A stretch of DNA of 64,000 nucleotides from a virus: the IMG/VR virus record IMGVR_UViG_3300035670_000091. One strand, 5' to 3'. Numbering within the stretch: the stretch's first letter is position 1; every line of letters begins with the position of its first letter. Shown piece after piece: positions 9,535 to 19,000 of this stretch. The position numbers and the translations under genes are program-made. Under the pieces are notes generated by a model. That model saw only the letters and a list, made by a program, of their open reading frames with translations, searched no databases and was not told the origin of the DNA.

Positions 9535-11034
9535 CTAAGCAGCGGTGGTCTGAGTCAGGTTGATGACAATGAACTCCGCAGGGTACTGCAGCGCAACTCC
9601 TACCTCAATGTGAACTTCGCCGTTAGCAATAGTTGCCTCGGTGTTGTTCTCTCCATCACACTTGACGTAGAACGCATCTGCAGGGGTGGTGCCACGTAGG
9701 CCGCCCTGGTTCAGGTAGCTAGTCAAGAAGACAGTTACGGTAGTACGTAGCTGAGACCATAGCTTTTCGTTGTTGTTCTCAAACAACGCAAACTCGGTCA
9801 GGTCCTTCAGGTACTTGCGGATGTAGATAAGTGAACGGCGCATGTTTACGTAACGGTTTGCGGTGCCGTCTTGCTGCAGGGTGCGAGCACCCATAGCAAC
9901 CACGCCAGCGCCTGGAAGGTTACGGACAGCGTTCACAGGAGACACACTGTTGTTTAGCGAGTCAAGTTCAGCAGAGGTAAACGCACGCTCTACAGCGACA
10001 GCGCCACGTAGCTGAGCACCAAGACCTGCTGGCGACTTGAATGGGCCAGTCTGCTTGTCAGTCTGGATGTACAAACCAGCAACTGCACCTGCAGGACCAA
10101 CACGGCGAAGAGCAGCAGAGCTGCGGCCTAGTGGGTCAGAGATGTAGATGTGTGGGTAGTACAACGCAGCGTAGCTGGTGTCCTGCAAGCTAGCAGAGTA
10201 CGCAACAGCCTCAGTTGGAGTTAGGTCAGCAGCAGTGTCTACAACAGCGAAGCCGTTGTTGTTAGCAGCCCAGCTGATTACAGCGTCCTGAACAGTCTTT
10301 CCATTGGTGCTTCCTAGTACCTCAAGGATAGAAGGAGCAAACAGAACTAGAGGACGGTCAACAGCACTGAACCCTGATACAGCGTTAGTGAAGTCAGAAG
10401 CGGCTACAGCAGACCCATTAGTACCACCAGTTAGTGGTAGACGGCTAGTTGCTGGGGCAGCGACAGTGCTGGTGATGTCTACTGAGATGTACTGTGAGCT
10501 AGTGTTCACGATGGTTTCAATGTAGTTAGATGCAGCAGAGTCCGACATGCTTAGGCTGTTGAAGCGCTCAACAATGATGTCGTTGGTTGCGTCTACGTCA
10601 CCGCTCGAAGAGCCACCCTCTTTGTAGACAACAAGGTTTACGAGACCGTTGTTTACAGAAGAGAACTGGATGCGAAGGTTGTTTCCGTCAGCGCCCTTGT
10701 TCTTAGCAGTGATAGTTCCTAGGGAAGTGCTACCAGTTGCAGGTGCGATGGTAACTGCAGCCTGAGCTGCGTTCGAGGCCAGCACACGCTTTACGTAGAG
10801 CTCACTTCCGCCATTCTGGAAGTAAAGCCCTACACCAAAGGTTGCTGGGTAAGAGGCGTTGTATCCGCCGAACTTCTGTACGAAGTCGTACCAAGAAGTT
10901 ACAAGCGTAACAGCCTCGGGACCCTGAGCAAACTCGCCTAGAACGGCACCAGCTGCATTAGCGGTACCCGTGGTAGCGATTGTCGCAGGGAGTTGGCGCT
11001 CATTAATGTAAACGCCAGGACGACTGTAGGTCAT
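9535..11034 (-). CDS. Contractile tail sheath protein
   Basis: YSRPGVYINE start; YVNMRRSLIYI, FENNNEKLW, AFYVKCD, PAEFIVI. Confidence 0.95.
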   Translation of the reverse strand: MTYSRPGVYINERQLPATIATTGTANAAGAVLGEFAQGPEAVTLVTSWYDFVQKFGGYNASYPATFGVGLYFQNGGSELYVKRVLASNAAQAAVTIAPATGSTSLGTITAKNKGADGNNLRIQFSSVNNGLVNLVVYKEGGSSSGDVDATNDIIVERFNSLSMSDSAASNYIETIVNTSSQYISVDITSTVAAPATSRLPLTGGTNGSAVAASDFTNAVSGFSAVDRPLVLFAPSILEVLGSTNGKTVQDAVISWAANNNGFAVVDTAADLTPTEAVAYSASLQDTSYAALYYPHIYISDPLGRSSAALRRVGPAGAVAGLYIQTDKQTGPFKSPAGLGAQLRGAVAVERAFTSAELDSLNNSVSPVNAVRNLPGAGVVAMGARTLQQDGTANRYVNMRRSLIYIRKYLKDLTEFALFENNNEKLWSQLRTTVTVFLTSYLNQGGLRGTTPADAFYVKCDGENNTEATIANGEVHIEVGVALQYPAEFIVINLTQTTAA

Positions 11035-11079
11035 CTGTTTTCTCCTTAACTAATAGGGTGTTCTATGGGTGCCGAGTTG

Positions 11080-11694
11080 TTACGAAATGCTGAACGGAGG
11101 GATTCCTGAGAAACCAGCGGTTTCTGCAGAATCAAATTCGATACTTTGTACTTTTTCTAGTGTCTTTAGGGTTCCCTGCGCAATCTCGGATGAGATACGC
11201 ACAGTTATTGCATTCATGAACAGGCGTCTGCCTTGCTCAACTAGGTCCCTCTTGCTGAGGCCTAGGACATCAAAGCGGCGGACAGTGTTGTCCTCCAGCT
11301 CAATGATGCCGAATCTTAGGGCCAGTCTTCCGTCTAGAAGAGTGGCCAACATCTCACGGTCATGCCGTGGGTGACGAGCGAACGTGGTGATTTGGTAATC
11401 AATGTTCACTGGAATTGGGTAGTCAATCTCAAACCCCTGGTCTTCAGGGAGGTCTGACGGACGAAGGTACGACGCATCTGTAATGCCACGGTGCTCTCGC
11501 TCAAGGGCACGGCTGATGTCAATCATGTCAATGGTGATGTAAGGGTAAGCCTGGTCACGGATTTCTTGGTCAGGCTGACCAAACCACACTCCGACTTTTC
11601 TGGTGGTCTCGTCAGCATCTGCTTTTTGGTCAGTTACCGTGATGCCCTGCAGTCTCTGGCGAAGGGCCTTGTCCTCAGATAGTAGGAAAGTCAT
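11080..11694 (-). CDS. Putative tail/sheath terminator
   Basis: YPYITIDMIDI...PIPVNIDYQIT pattern; immediately upstream of sheath. Confidence 0.6.
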   Translation of the reverse strand: MTFLLSEDKALRQRLQGITVTDQKADADETTRKVGVWFGQPDQEIRDQAYPYITIDMIDISRALEREHRGITDASYLRPSDLPEDQGFEIDYPIPVNIDYQITTFARHPRHDREMLATLLDGRLALRFGIIELEDNTVRRFDVLGLSKRDLVEQGRRLFMNAITVRISSEIAQGTLKTLEKVQSIEFDSAETAGFSGIPPFSIS

Positions 11695-11993
11695 TAGTCT
11701 GCCGCCTTTCCTAGCATGTCTAGAAAGGTGGAGCTCTCAGCGTTGCCGAACTTCAGCTTGCGAATTACAGCAGTAGGACGACGATTACCATCGCCATACT
11801 CAAATTTCCAGGCAGCCTCGTCGTACTCAGGAGGAACTACTACATCGAACTTGTCGCCTGAGTAGTTAACTGAAAGACTGCTGGCAACTTGTGGGTCCCA
11901 CCCACTGTCCATGGCTGAGCGGCGCAAATTAGCCGTCAGTTTTCTGGCGGCTAGGTCAGCAGTGGAGTCAAAGGCGTCTAGAATCTGCTTCAT
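11694..11993 (-). CDS. Hypothetical neck-region protein
   Basis: Translationally coupled ORF in the morphogenesis operon. Confidence 0.6.
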   Translation of the reverse strand: MKQILDAFDSTADLAARKLTANLRRSAMDSGWDPQVASSLSVNYSGDKFDVVVPPEYDEAAWKFEYGDGNRRPTAVIRKLKFGNAESSTFLDMLGKAAD

Positions 11994-12187
11994 TTACCCT
12001 TGCCCTTGTTGGAGATACGATGGCCGAGATAAGCTGCTAACACGCCTGAAATCATCAAGGAGGCTCCGACAGCCTTTGGTGATGCGAACTTATTGCCAAC
12101 TACGCCTTTGAGAAACTCTTCTTTCTCTTTAGCGTTTTCAAAGTCGGCAGCCCGTTCATACCAGGGTTTCCAGTTTTCGGCAGACAT
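11990..12187 (-). CDS. Small protein with C-terminal hydrophobic helix
   Basis: AVGASLMISGVLAAYLG segment; coupled to downstream gene. Confidence 0.6.
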   Translation of the reverse strand: MSAENWKPWYERAADFENAKEKEEFLKGVVGNKFASPKAVGASLMISGVLAAYLGHRISNKGKGK

Positions 12188-12261
12188 CGCAAAATCCCCA
12201 ATCGAGGCGCAAGTTATAGCAGGTACGTAGGGTCCCGCATGGATTCCTACATCTATAGGGT

Positions 12262-12287
12262 AAAGAAAAAGCCTGCACTTGGCAGGC
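12262..12287 (-). terminator. Intrinsic terminator
   Basis: GCCTGC/GCAGGC stem followed on the minus strand by TTTTTCTTT. Confidence 0.75.
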
Positions 12288-12304
12288 TAAATCTTTGTCA
12301 GTAT

Positions 12305-12589
12305 TTACTTCTTCTTGGCTTCACGCTTCTCTTCAGCCTTTTCGCCCTTCTTGCCTTCCTTGGCTTCGTGGCGCTTTTCGTCAGACTTAATCTTCTTGAT
12401 TATGCCTTTGTCAATCTTCTTGTCCTCCTGAAGAGTCTTAGGCTTCTTTTTCTCGCCGTGAGCCTTATCCATCTTCTCGAACTTTTCCTTCTGCTCCTTG
12501 TCAAGGCCAGCCTTCTTCATAAGGTAGGCGTCCTTCTTCTCGTCAGCAGACTTGGTGTACTTTCCAGTCATCTTTGGCTTAGTGGCCAT
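12305..12589 (-). CDS. Lys/Glu-rich small protein
   Basis: 94 aa, very K-rich. Confidence 0.7.
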   Translation of the reverse strand: MATKPKMTGKYTKSADEKKDAYLMKKAGLDKEQKEKFEKMDKAHGEKKKPKTLQEDKKIDKGIIKKIKSDEKRHEAKEGKKGEKAEEKREAKKK

Positions 12590-12631
12590 CTGGGTCCTTC
12601 TTTCCGCATCCGCAGTTCTTGCATCCGCACA

Positions 12632-12937
12632 TTATTTACCTGCTCTCCGCTTATTCTCTTTGCCGATGTTGGCTTTAGCGCTCATGGCCCTTAGGTTACC
12701 CTTAGAGTCATTGTTCTTGTTGTTGTCCTTGTGGTCAACATGGGTGTCTTTAGACAGCTTGCCGTTCTTAGCCTCGTAGTCAGCACGAGCCTTGTTCTGA
12801 GAGGTAGCCTTCCAGCCATCCTTGGTCTTGGTTTTGGTGACGTAAATTTTACGACCACCATTCTCCTCAGAGCCTTTGTATGGGCCAAACTTACGCTTAG
12901 TACCTACAGGAACAGCTTTTCCACCCATTGTTACCAC
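12632..12937 (-). CDS. HNH-like protein
   Basis: THVDHKDNNKNNDSKGNLRAMSAKAN. Confidence 0.7.
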   Translation of the reverse strand: MVTMGGKAVPVGTKRKFGPYKGSEENGGRKIYVTKTKTKDGWKATSQNKARADYEAKNGKLSKDTHVDHKDNNKNNDSKGNLRAMSAKANIGKENKRRAGK

Positions 12938-13224
12938 TTAACCTTGTCGGCCCAATAAGCAGCAGACATCTTGCCTTTAGCGATGTTTTTAGCGTGACGA
13001 GCCTTGAATGACTCCCGCTTGTCTTTCATCTTTTCAGACTCTCCAGCTTTAGGCTTTCCCGCAGTCTTAGCTCCCTGCTCTCCAAAACGAATAGTCTTCA
13101 CTTGGTCACCTTCTTTAGCGACAACAATGTGGGACTTCTTTGGGTGGTCAGGGGTGCGCTTAGGCTTGTTATACCCAGAAACACCCGCCGCCGCTAGGCG
13201 TGGGTCCTTTTTACTTTCCGCCAT
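12931..13224 (-). CDS. Conserved small basic viral protein
   Basis: IRFGEQG...RESFKARH...KMSAAYWADKVKW; likely start MAESKK at 13224. Confidence 0.7.
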   Translation of the reverse strand: MAESKKDPRLAAAGVSGYNKPKRTPDHPKKSHIVVAKEGDQVKTIRFGEQGAKTAGKPKAGESEKMKDKRESFKARHAKNIAKGKMSAAYWADKVKW

Positions 13225-13297
13225 ACTTTGCTGCTTTCTTAGTTGACTTCGCCTTCTTACGGCATGCTGGGCATGAGCCACACTTACAAGTTGCCAT
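13211..13297 (-). CDS. 28-aa Cys/Lys-rich peptide MATCKCGSCPACRKKAKSTKKAAKYGGK (not in ORF track)
   Basis: Hand translation; TAATG coupling to upstream ORF, overlaps next start. Confidence 0.55.
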   Translation of the reverse strand: MATCKCGSCPACRKKAKSTKKAAKYGGK

Positions 13298-13458
13298 TAT
13301 TTCTTCTTCTTTCTGGCAGCGGCCATGTTATCTACAAGGTTTGGATAGGGACGACCAGCGGCTTTAGCTTTAGCTTTAGCACTTGCTTTTTGCGATTTGC
13401 TTAATGGCTTGTCTTTTTTGGTTGGGTCTTTCTTTTCCCATACTGGTTTATCAGCCAT
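13297..13458 (-). CDS. 53-aa basic protein MADKPVWEKK...AKAKAKAAGRPYPNLVDNMAAARKKKK (not in ORF track)
   Basis: Hand translation; overlapping start/stop with both neighbours. Confidence 0.65.
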   Translation of the reverse strand: MADKPVWEKKDPTKKDKPLSKSQKASAKAKAKAAGRPYPNLVDNMAAARKKKK

Positions 13459-13633
13459 GACTCTTCTTATACCTTATCTTTGCAGTTGGTTTACGAGCGA
13501 TACCGCCCGCTTTAGCACGGGGTTTGGACCCGCCACCACTTTTGCGGTTTCCCGTAAAGGTCGTTTCAATGTTTGCTTCTGGGTTTTTGCCTGCCCGAGC
13601 CCCCACTCTTGGGCCTTGCTTCTTCTTAGTCAT
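13451..13633 (-). CDS. Small basic protein
   Basis: 60 aa K/R/G-rich; coupled. Confidence 0.6.
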   Translation of the reverse strand: MTKKKQGPRVGARAGKNPEANIETTFTGNRKSGGGSKPRAKAGGIARKPTAKIRYKKSHG

Positions 13634-14198
13634 TTAGTAGGGTCCTTAGGTCCTGTCCTGTCGGACTTGCGTACTTTAGGAATTGTGGGTCGTTGACTAG
13701 CTCTTCTGCGGCAACCTCGACGCAGTCGATAGTAACGACGGCCCAGCGGAAGCTGAAAGCTCCTCTTGGGTTGATGCGGCTAGGAGTAAACACCTGGCCA
13801 CGGTACAAAATGCGGTCTTTAATTGACTGGTTAGGCTCATTCCTAAGAATCTCGGGGATGCGCTTCTGAACTTCACCCGAGCTTACAACTAGGCGCAGGG
13901 TGTCCACAGTATAAAAACCACGCTCATTCATTTGGTTGCCACCACGCATCATTTGTGCGCTAATTACTGGCATCTTAAATGGGGCCATCCAGCGGCGTCC
14001 GCCGCCAGCCACAGAGCTAGATACATCGTAGATGTCGTCTACAACGTTGTTAGCGGGGTCCTCTAAGTACCAGTCCTGCCAGCGGAACCAGTCTACGTTA
14101 ATACCGACTTTGTCAGTAAGCTCTTCAGCCATGCCTTCATACATTGAGTCAGCCTCATGGTTGAGGTCGAATCTACCTACTAGTTTTTGTCCTCGCAT
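13626..14198 (-). CDS. Putative head closure/stopper protein
   Basis: Position and size; beta-rich pattern (KDRILYRGQVF...GAFSFRWAVVTIDCVEV). Confidence 0.5.
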   Translation of the reverse strand: MRGQKLVGRFDLNHEADSMYEGMAEELTDKVGINVDWFRWQDWYLEDPANNVVDDIYDVSSSVAGGGRRWMAPFKMPVISAQMMRGGNQMNERGFYTVDTLRLVVSSGEVQKRIPEILRNEPNQSIKDRILYRGQVFTPSRINPRGAFSFRWAVVTIDCVEVAAEELVNDPQFLKYASPTGQDLRTLLND

Positions 14199-14209
14199 AA
14201 TAACCTCTC

Positions 14210-16300
14210 TTAGAAGACTGACTTAGACCAAGCAGTACCGCTGTACAAGTAGACCGTTCCACGTACCCACGTAGTTCCGTCGTACACGTACACCTCTTTG
14301 TCGGACCATTGTCCGTCAGCAAACAGCTTTAGGTTTCCACCTAAATCAGGCTGTATTGTTCCTGAATAGTCTTGGGCGATAGAGCCGTCAGCGTTAGTGG
14401 CTGTGATAGTAAAGGAGTAGCTAGTTCCTACAGCTCCCGTAGGGGTGCCTGATACTACTCCAGTAGAAGAAGCCAGGCTGATTCCTGCAGGAAGGGAGCC
14501 TGTAGTTACGCTATACGTAGGAGAGTTAGACGCCGTGACGCTGTCGGAGTACTCTACCCCAGTAATAAACGAGCCCAACTGGTTGTCAATCCAGTTAGGT
14601 GGCAGCTTAATTGTGCCGCTGAAGTTAGCCGTAATGCTGCCATAAGTATTTGTAGCAGTAATAGTAAAGCTGTATGCCCCAGTACCTGTTGGGGTGCCTG
14701 TGATTAGGCCAGTGGCTGAGTTCAAAGACGTACCAGCAGGAAGAGTCCCAGCAGTCACGGAGTATGACGGAGAGTTTGTGGCGACAACGCCGTCAGAGTA
14801 TGCCCTGCCCTGAAGGAAGTTCCCTAGCGTCTGGTCAGTCCATGCAGGAACAGCCGTGACTGTTCCACTATAAGTAGCCGTCACAGCTCCGTCAGCGTTA
14901 GCGGCCCTAATAGTAAAGGAGTAAACACCAGCAGTAGTAGGGGTTCCCGTTACAGCTCCAGTCACTGAGTTTAACGAGATTCCTGCGGGTAGTGCGCCCG
15001 CAGTAATAGTGTACGAAGGGGAGTTGGTTGCTGACACGGAGTCTGAGTAAGGAGTGCCTACAGCAAATGTATCTGCCAGCACGTTGTCCACCCAGAGCGG
15101 AGGATTAAAGGTGAACACTGTAATGGTTACAGTGCTACCTAAGCTAGCTGAGCTACCACCTGACGGACTCTGAGACGACACAGTGGCGTTATTACCAGAG
15201 TTAGCTCCAACAGAAGTGGTGTTGATTGAAACGACAAACCCTGCATTTTGCAGCGTAGTGGTTGCTGCAGCTTGAGTTTGTCCGACAACATTTGGCACAG
15301 TGGCAGCAGGGGGAACATAGTTGTAGGTAACTATAGATACCGTAGTTCCTAAGTTAGCTGTTGTTCCACCAGAAGGACTCTGACTTGCTACTGTTCCGTT
15401 GTTCCCAGAAGTAGCGCCCACCGTAGTTGTAGATGTAGACGCTGTAAATCCTGCATTTTGAATGTTTGAAACTGCAGTGGCTTGAGCCTGACCTAAGACG
15501 TTAGGCACTGTTCCCGTAGGAGGCACGTAGTTATACACAGTGATTGACACTGTGCTCCCCAAATTAGCTGTTGTTCCGCCACCTGGGCTCTGACTAGCAA
15601 CTGTGCCGTTGTTGCCTGCCGTAGCGCCAGACGTAGTTGTGCCGACAGAAGCGCTAAACCCAGCGTTCTGAATGGTAGACACCGCCGTAGATTGCGATTG
15701 ACCAATTACGTTAGGAACTGTTCCAGTAGCAGGAGGGGCAGGGGCGATTGTAATAGACCATGACCCCAAAGCACTTTGCCCAAAGTCGTCTGTAGCAGTA
15801 GCGCTAAAAGAGTACGTTCCTGCGCTTGTTGGAGTTCCATCTAAAATAAACCCAGTAGTTCCTTGATATATAAGGCTTAGCCCTGGGATTGATGGGGCAG
15901 TATTAAACCCCCAAGTAACGTAGTCGCTACTGTAAGCATTTGCTGCCCCACTATAGGGAACGCCAACTTGGCCATTTGGAAAGTTTGCGTTCCAAACAGG
16001 TGGGGCTGGAGTTTCTACGCCTGTTGTTGCATAAACTGTTCTAGTTCCCAAAAATTCAAAGTTGCTTGCACGACGAATGGTCATTACAAACGTGTAATTT
16101 GTGCCCTGAGCAAGACCTCCGCTAACAATGTAGCCGTAATCAAATGCGCCTGCGGCAACTACGGTGCTACCAAGGATAGTTGCGCCAGTTGTCTCGTTAG
16201 CAATACTCACCCGAACATTGAACGAGTAATCATTGCTGGCTTCCCAGTACAGGCCTACTTCACGATAGTCTGTGTAGTCAACGGAGAGTGAAAATGGCAC
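14210..16300 (-). CDS. Virion surface protein with three PASTA repeats and several putative Ig (He_PIG-like) repeats
   Basis: 3x TVPNV(I/L/V)GQ...AGF...V.SQSP.GG....LG.TV.I; repeated GALPAGISLN..TG..TGTPT..G.YSFTI.A.N. Confidence 0.85.
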   Translation of the reverse strand: MPFSLSVDYTDYREVGLYWEASNDYSFNVRVSIANETTGATILGSTVVAAGAFDYGYIVSGGLAQGTNYTFVMTIRRASNFEFLGTRTVYATTGVETPAPPVWNANFPNGQVGVPYSGAANAYSSDYVTWGFNTAPSIPGLSLIYQGTTGFILDGTPTSAGTYSFSATATDDFGQSALGSWSITIAPAPPATGTVPNVIGQSQSTAVSTIQNAGFSASVGTTTSGATAGNNGTVASQSPGGGTTANLGSTVSITVYNYVPPTGTVPNVLGQAQATAVSNIQNAGFTASTSTTTVGATSGNNGTVASQSPSGGTTANLGTTVSIVTYNYVPPAATVPNVVGQTQAAATTTLQNAGFVVSINTTSVGANSGNNATVSSQSPSGGSSASLGSTVTITVFTFNPPLWVDNVLADTFAVGTPYSDSVSATNSPSYTITAGALPAGISLNSVTGAVTGTPTTAGVYSFTIRAANADGAVTATYSGTVTAVPAWTDQTLGNFLQGRAYSDGVVATNSPSYSVTAGTLPAGTSLNSATGLITGTPTGTGAYSFTITATNTYGSITANFSGTIKLPPNWIDNQLGSFITGVEYSDSVTASNSPTYSVTTGSLPAGISLASSTGVVSGTPTGAVGTSYSFTITATNADGSIAQDYSGTIQPDLGGNLKLFADGQWSDKEVYVYDGTTWVRGTVYLYSGTAWSKSVF

Positions 16301-16308
16301 AGTCTCTC

Positions 16309-16578
16309 CTAGCTCTTAATCCAGATGTCTCCTGCGACCATGCCAGACGATGGCGCTGAGGACTGTACGTATAGCTTGCGGCCATCTAGCTTTAGGGCGT
16401 TGTCTGCGGTGCCCGAACCGACGTATGCCAGTGAAGTCCACGCAGCGGAGCCGTTGCCCAGCTTTAGCTTTAAAGTGTCAGTCTCCAGCCCAAGCTCACC
16501 AGCTGCAAGGGTAGGGTTAGCTGAGGTCCAGTTAGCCGCAGTATCTCTGCGAACCTGAATGTTTGCCAATCTAGGCAT
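16309..16578 (-). CDS. Short fibre-associated protein with Mtd N-terminal-like domain
   Basis: IQVRRDTAANWTSANPTLAAGELGLETDT.KLKLGNG..AWTSLAY. Confidence 0.8.
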   Translation of the reverse strand: MPRLANIQVRRDTAANWTSANPTLAAGELGLETDTLKLKLGNGSAAWTSLAYVGSGTADNALKLDGRKLYVQSSAPSSGMVAGDIWIKS

Positions 16579-16616
16579 GGATACCTCCGAAAAGTCTTAG
16601 TACTAGTTTGCCTTAT

Positions 16617-16841
16617 TTAGGCGGTTGTATCAGCGCTTACTTCGCTCCATTTACCTACAGGGCAGACGGAATGAGGTAGCTGAGTTTTTAGGTCCATAAA
16701 GCAGCCACATTTACCGCATTGTCTAGTGGCTAAAAAGTGCTCACACGATTCGCATATGGCGAGTCTAGAAGACTTAATCTCTACTGATACCTTTTTAATT
16801 TTGGGATTTAGCATGTCCCAAGGTCGGGCTGGCTTAGTCAT
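16617..16841 (-). CDS. Small Cys-rich protein (DUF6171-like)
   Basis: RLAICESC...QCGKCGCFMDLKT.L...CPVGKW; GGAGA RBS before ATG 16841. Confidence 0.75.
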   Translation of the reverse strand: MTKPARPWDMLNPKIKKVSVEIKSSRLAICESCEHFLATRQCGKCGCFMDLKTQLPHSVCPVGKWSEVSADTTA

Positions 16842-16854
16842 ACGTTCTCCTAAT

Positions 16855-17790
16855 TTATCCACCAACTGCAGAGCGCAAGTAACGCAATACTACAACGCCA
16901 GCTCCACCATTGCCTCCAACAGGACCACCCCAGCTAGAACCAGAGCCTCCACCGCCGCCACCTAGATTAGCGGTACCGTTAGCGCCACTTCCGCCAGCAC
17001 CGCCGCCTGAGCCCCCACCGCCGTTGCCGCCAGTACCTGCAGCCGCTCCTCCGTTGCTACCTGAACCACCGCCACCTCCGCCAGCGTAGAAAGTACCATT
17101 TAACCACTGTCGTCCTACACCTCCATTACCGTTACTGTCGTGCCCGTTAGCTCCTGCGCCTCCTGCTCCACCTCCACCAGCACCACGCCTTACAGAACAA
17201 CCAGAAGCGTTACCACCGACGTTACCAAAACCACCCCATTGAGATGTGGGCTGAGTAGCAGTTCCACCGCTTCTACCTGGAGTATCACACTCGGCGGAGG
17301 CACCGCCACCAGAACCACCGTCAGCTCCAGTAGTTGTGCTAGTTCCGTTTGGGTCAGAACCACCACCACCTCCGCCTAGAGCGGTGTATAGAGTTCCAAA
17401 AGTAGTATTAACACCGTTAGCGCCTTTGACTGTTCCAGAGCTAGAGCCGTTACCACCACCACCAATCGTGATAGTGTACGAGCCTGCACTCAAAGATGCG
17501 GCACTTACAGGAAGGTAACCACCAGCGCCTCCACCACCAGCGCCGTCACCATTGATGTTGTTTTCACCTTTACCCCCACCACCTCCACCGCCGACAATAA
17601 GGAGGTCAGCAGTAAGTGGGGCGTTTGAAATAGTGAGGGTGCCACTAGCTGTAAAGGTGTTGTAGTAATAGGTCGCATCTGAGGTTAGGGTTCCTCCAGA
17701 TACTACGGCTGCCCTAATATTTCCAGCAGAAAAGTTCCTGTAAGTCTGTTGAGTACGTATGCCAGACCGTTTAAACGATTTAATTCCCAT
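16855..17790 (-). CDS. Glycine-rich domain fibre/decoration protein
   Basis: SGGTLTSDATYYYNTFT...DLLIVGGGGGGG...GGAGVVVLRY. Confidence 0.85.
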   Translation of the reverse strand: MGIKSFKRSGIRTQQTYRNFSAGNIRAAVVSGGTLTSDATYYYNTFTASGTLTISNAPLTADLLIVGGGGGGGKGENNINGDGAGGGGAGGYLPVSAASLSAGSYTITIGGGGNGSSSGTVKGANGVNTTFGTLYTALGGGGGGSDPNGTSTTTGADGGSGGGASAECDTPGRSGGTATQPTSQWGGFGNVGGNASGCSVRRGAGGGGAGGAGANGHDSNGNGGVGRQWLNGTFYAGGGGGGSGSNGGAAAGTGGNGGGGSGGGAGGSGANGTANLGGGGGGSGSSWGGPVGGNGGAGVVVLRYLRSAVGG

Positions 17791-18662
17791 TATGCCGCCG
17801 CACTCTTGAGGTATCTAATAATCACAATGCCAGAACCACCAGCGCCGCCTGCAGTTGAGTCTTTTCCACCGCCACCGCCAGAACCTGTTTGCGCAGTACC
17901 GTTGATGTGCCCAGAACCAGAGACGTTTCCACCAAGATTTTGGTTGTAAGTTCCACGGTCATAGTAGCCAGAACCAGCGCCACCTTCAGCGTACCATTTA
18001 GCTGTTCCGCTTATGCTGGACTGAATACCTGGTCCACCACCTGCTGGCTCATTAGTGAATGCGTTGGCAGCAAAGTGATTACCCATACCTCCAGCACCTC
18101 CACCACCTCCACCACCAGAGTCGCTACTAGAACTTGATGTAGAGCCGTAACCACCAGCATATCCCTGTCCAGTTACAGGTGCACCACCAGCCTGACCCAC
18201 ACGGTTACCACCTCCACCAGAACCTCCAGCACCACCCTGCTGACCAACGTTACTTGCCCCAAAGCCACCGCCATACGCAATTAAGCTGTTGAAAGTCGTG
18301 TTGGAACCAGTTGCCGCAATACCGCCACCAGCACCCACAACGATTGGGTAGTTAGTGTTTCCAGTTAAGGTTGTGTTTGTGAGCTGAATAACACCTCCAG
18401 CTCCACCACCACCACAACGGCTAGCTCCTGGGGTTCCACCGCCACCGCCACCGCCAACAATTAGCGCATCAATAACCACATTGCCACCAGTAATGCTTAG
18501 AGTATCACTGCCAGTAAATGTGCGGTAATTGTAGGTTGCATCAGAGGTTAGTGTTCCTCCTGTAACAACTGGTAGATTTAAGAATTTGGCATTTCCTGCC
18601 AACATGCTGTTGTTTTTTAGGAATGTCTTAATGCCTGACTTTTTTAACGAAGTTGAAGCCAT
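17790..18662 (-). CDS. Glycine-rich domain fibre/decoration protein
   Basis: Paralogue of 16855-17790; ends GGSGIVIIRY. Confidence 0.85.
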   Translation of the reverse strand: MASTSLKKSGIKTFLKNNSMLAGNAKFLNLPVVTGGTLTSDATYNYRTFTGSDTLSITGGNVVIDALIVGGGGGGGTPGASRCGGGGAGGVIQLTNTTLTGNTNYPIVVGAGGGIAATGSNTTFNSLIAYGGGFGASNVGQQGGAGGSGGGGNRVGQAGGAPVTGQGYAGGYGSTSSSSSDSGGGGGGGAGGMGNHFAANAFTNEPAGGGPGIQSSISGTAKWYAEGGAGSGYYDRGTYNQNLGGNVSGSGHINGTAQTGSGGGGGKDSTAGGAGGSGIVIIRYLKSAAA

Positions 18663-18670
18663 AGCAGCCC

Positions 18671-19000
18671 TTAAGAAAGCTCAGTACCAAAAGCAGTAAA
18701 ACTTAGGTTAGCAGTAGAGGCATATACAGTTAAAACGTCTGCAGCATCCATCGTTATACCAATAGTTAAATTAGTAGAGTCTGCTCCACCTACAGTTACA
18801 TCATAGGCAACGTAGTGCTGGTTAGCCAAAGTTGCACCATTTGGCCTGACAGCAATCCTGTAGGTCGCATCCGTACCAGCACGATTAGCCACTACGAGTG
18901 TGCTAATAACTACTTGAGTGTTGGACGGGACAGTGTAAATGTCTGTAGCTGTAGTAGCGCTAGGAGCGCTCTGGGCTAGTACTTTATATACGGTCGGCAT
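18671..19000 (-). CDS. Small beta-sandwich fibre-module protein
   Basis: YKVLAQSAPSATT.TDIYTV; close paralogue of 28332-28658. Confidence 0.8.
   Translation of the reverse strand: MPTVYKVLAQSAPSATTATDIYTVPSNTQVVISTLVVANRAGTDATYRIAVRPNGATLANQHYVAYDVTVGGADSTNLTIGITMDAADVLTVYASTANLSFTAFGTELS

Noticed and set aside
2581-11694. Extracellular contractile injection system or tailocin
   Set aside because: Terminase, portal, scaffold and major capsid genes lie in the same transcription direction, so this is a complete phage
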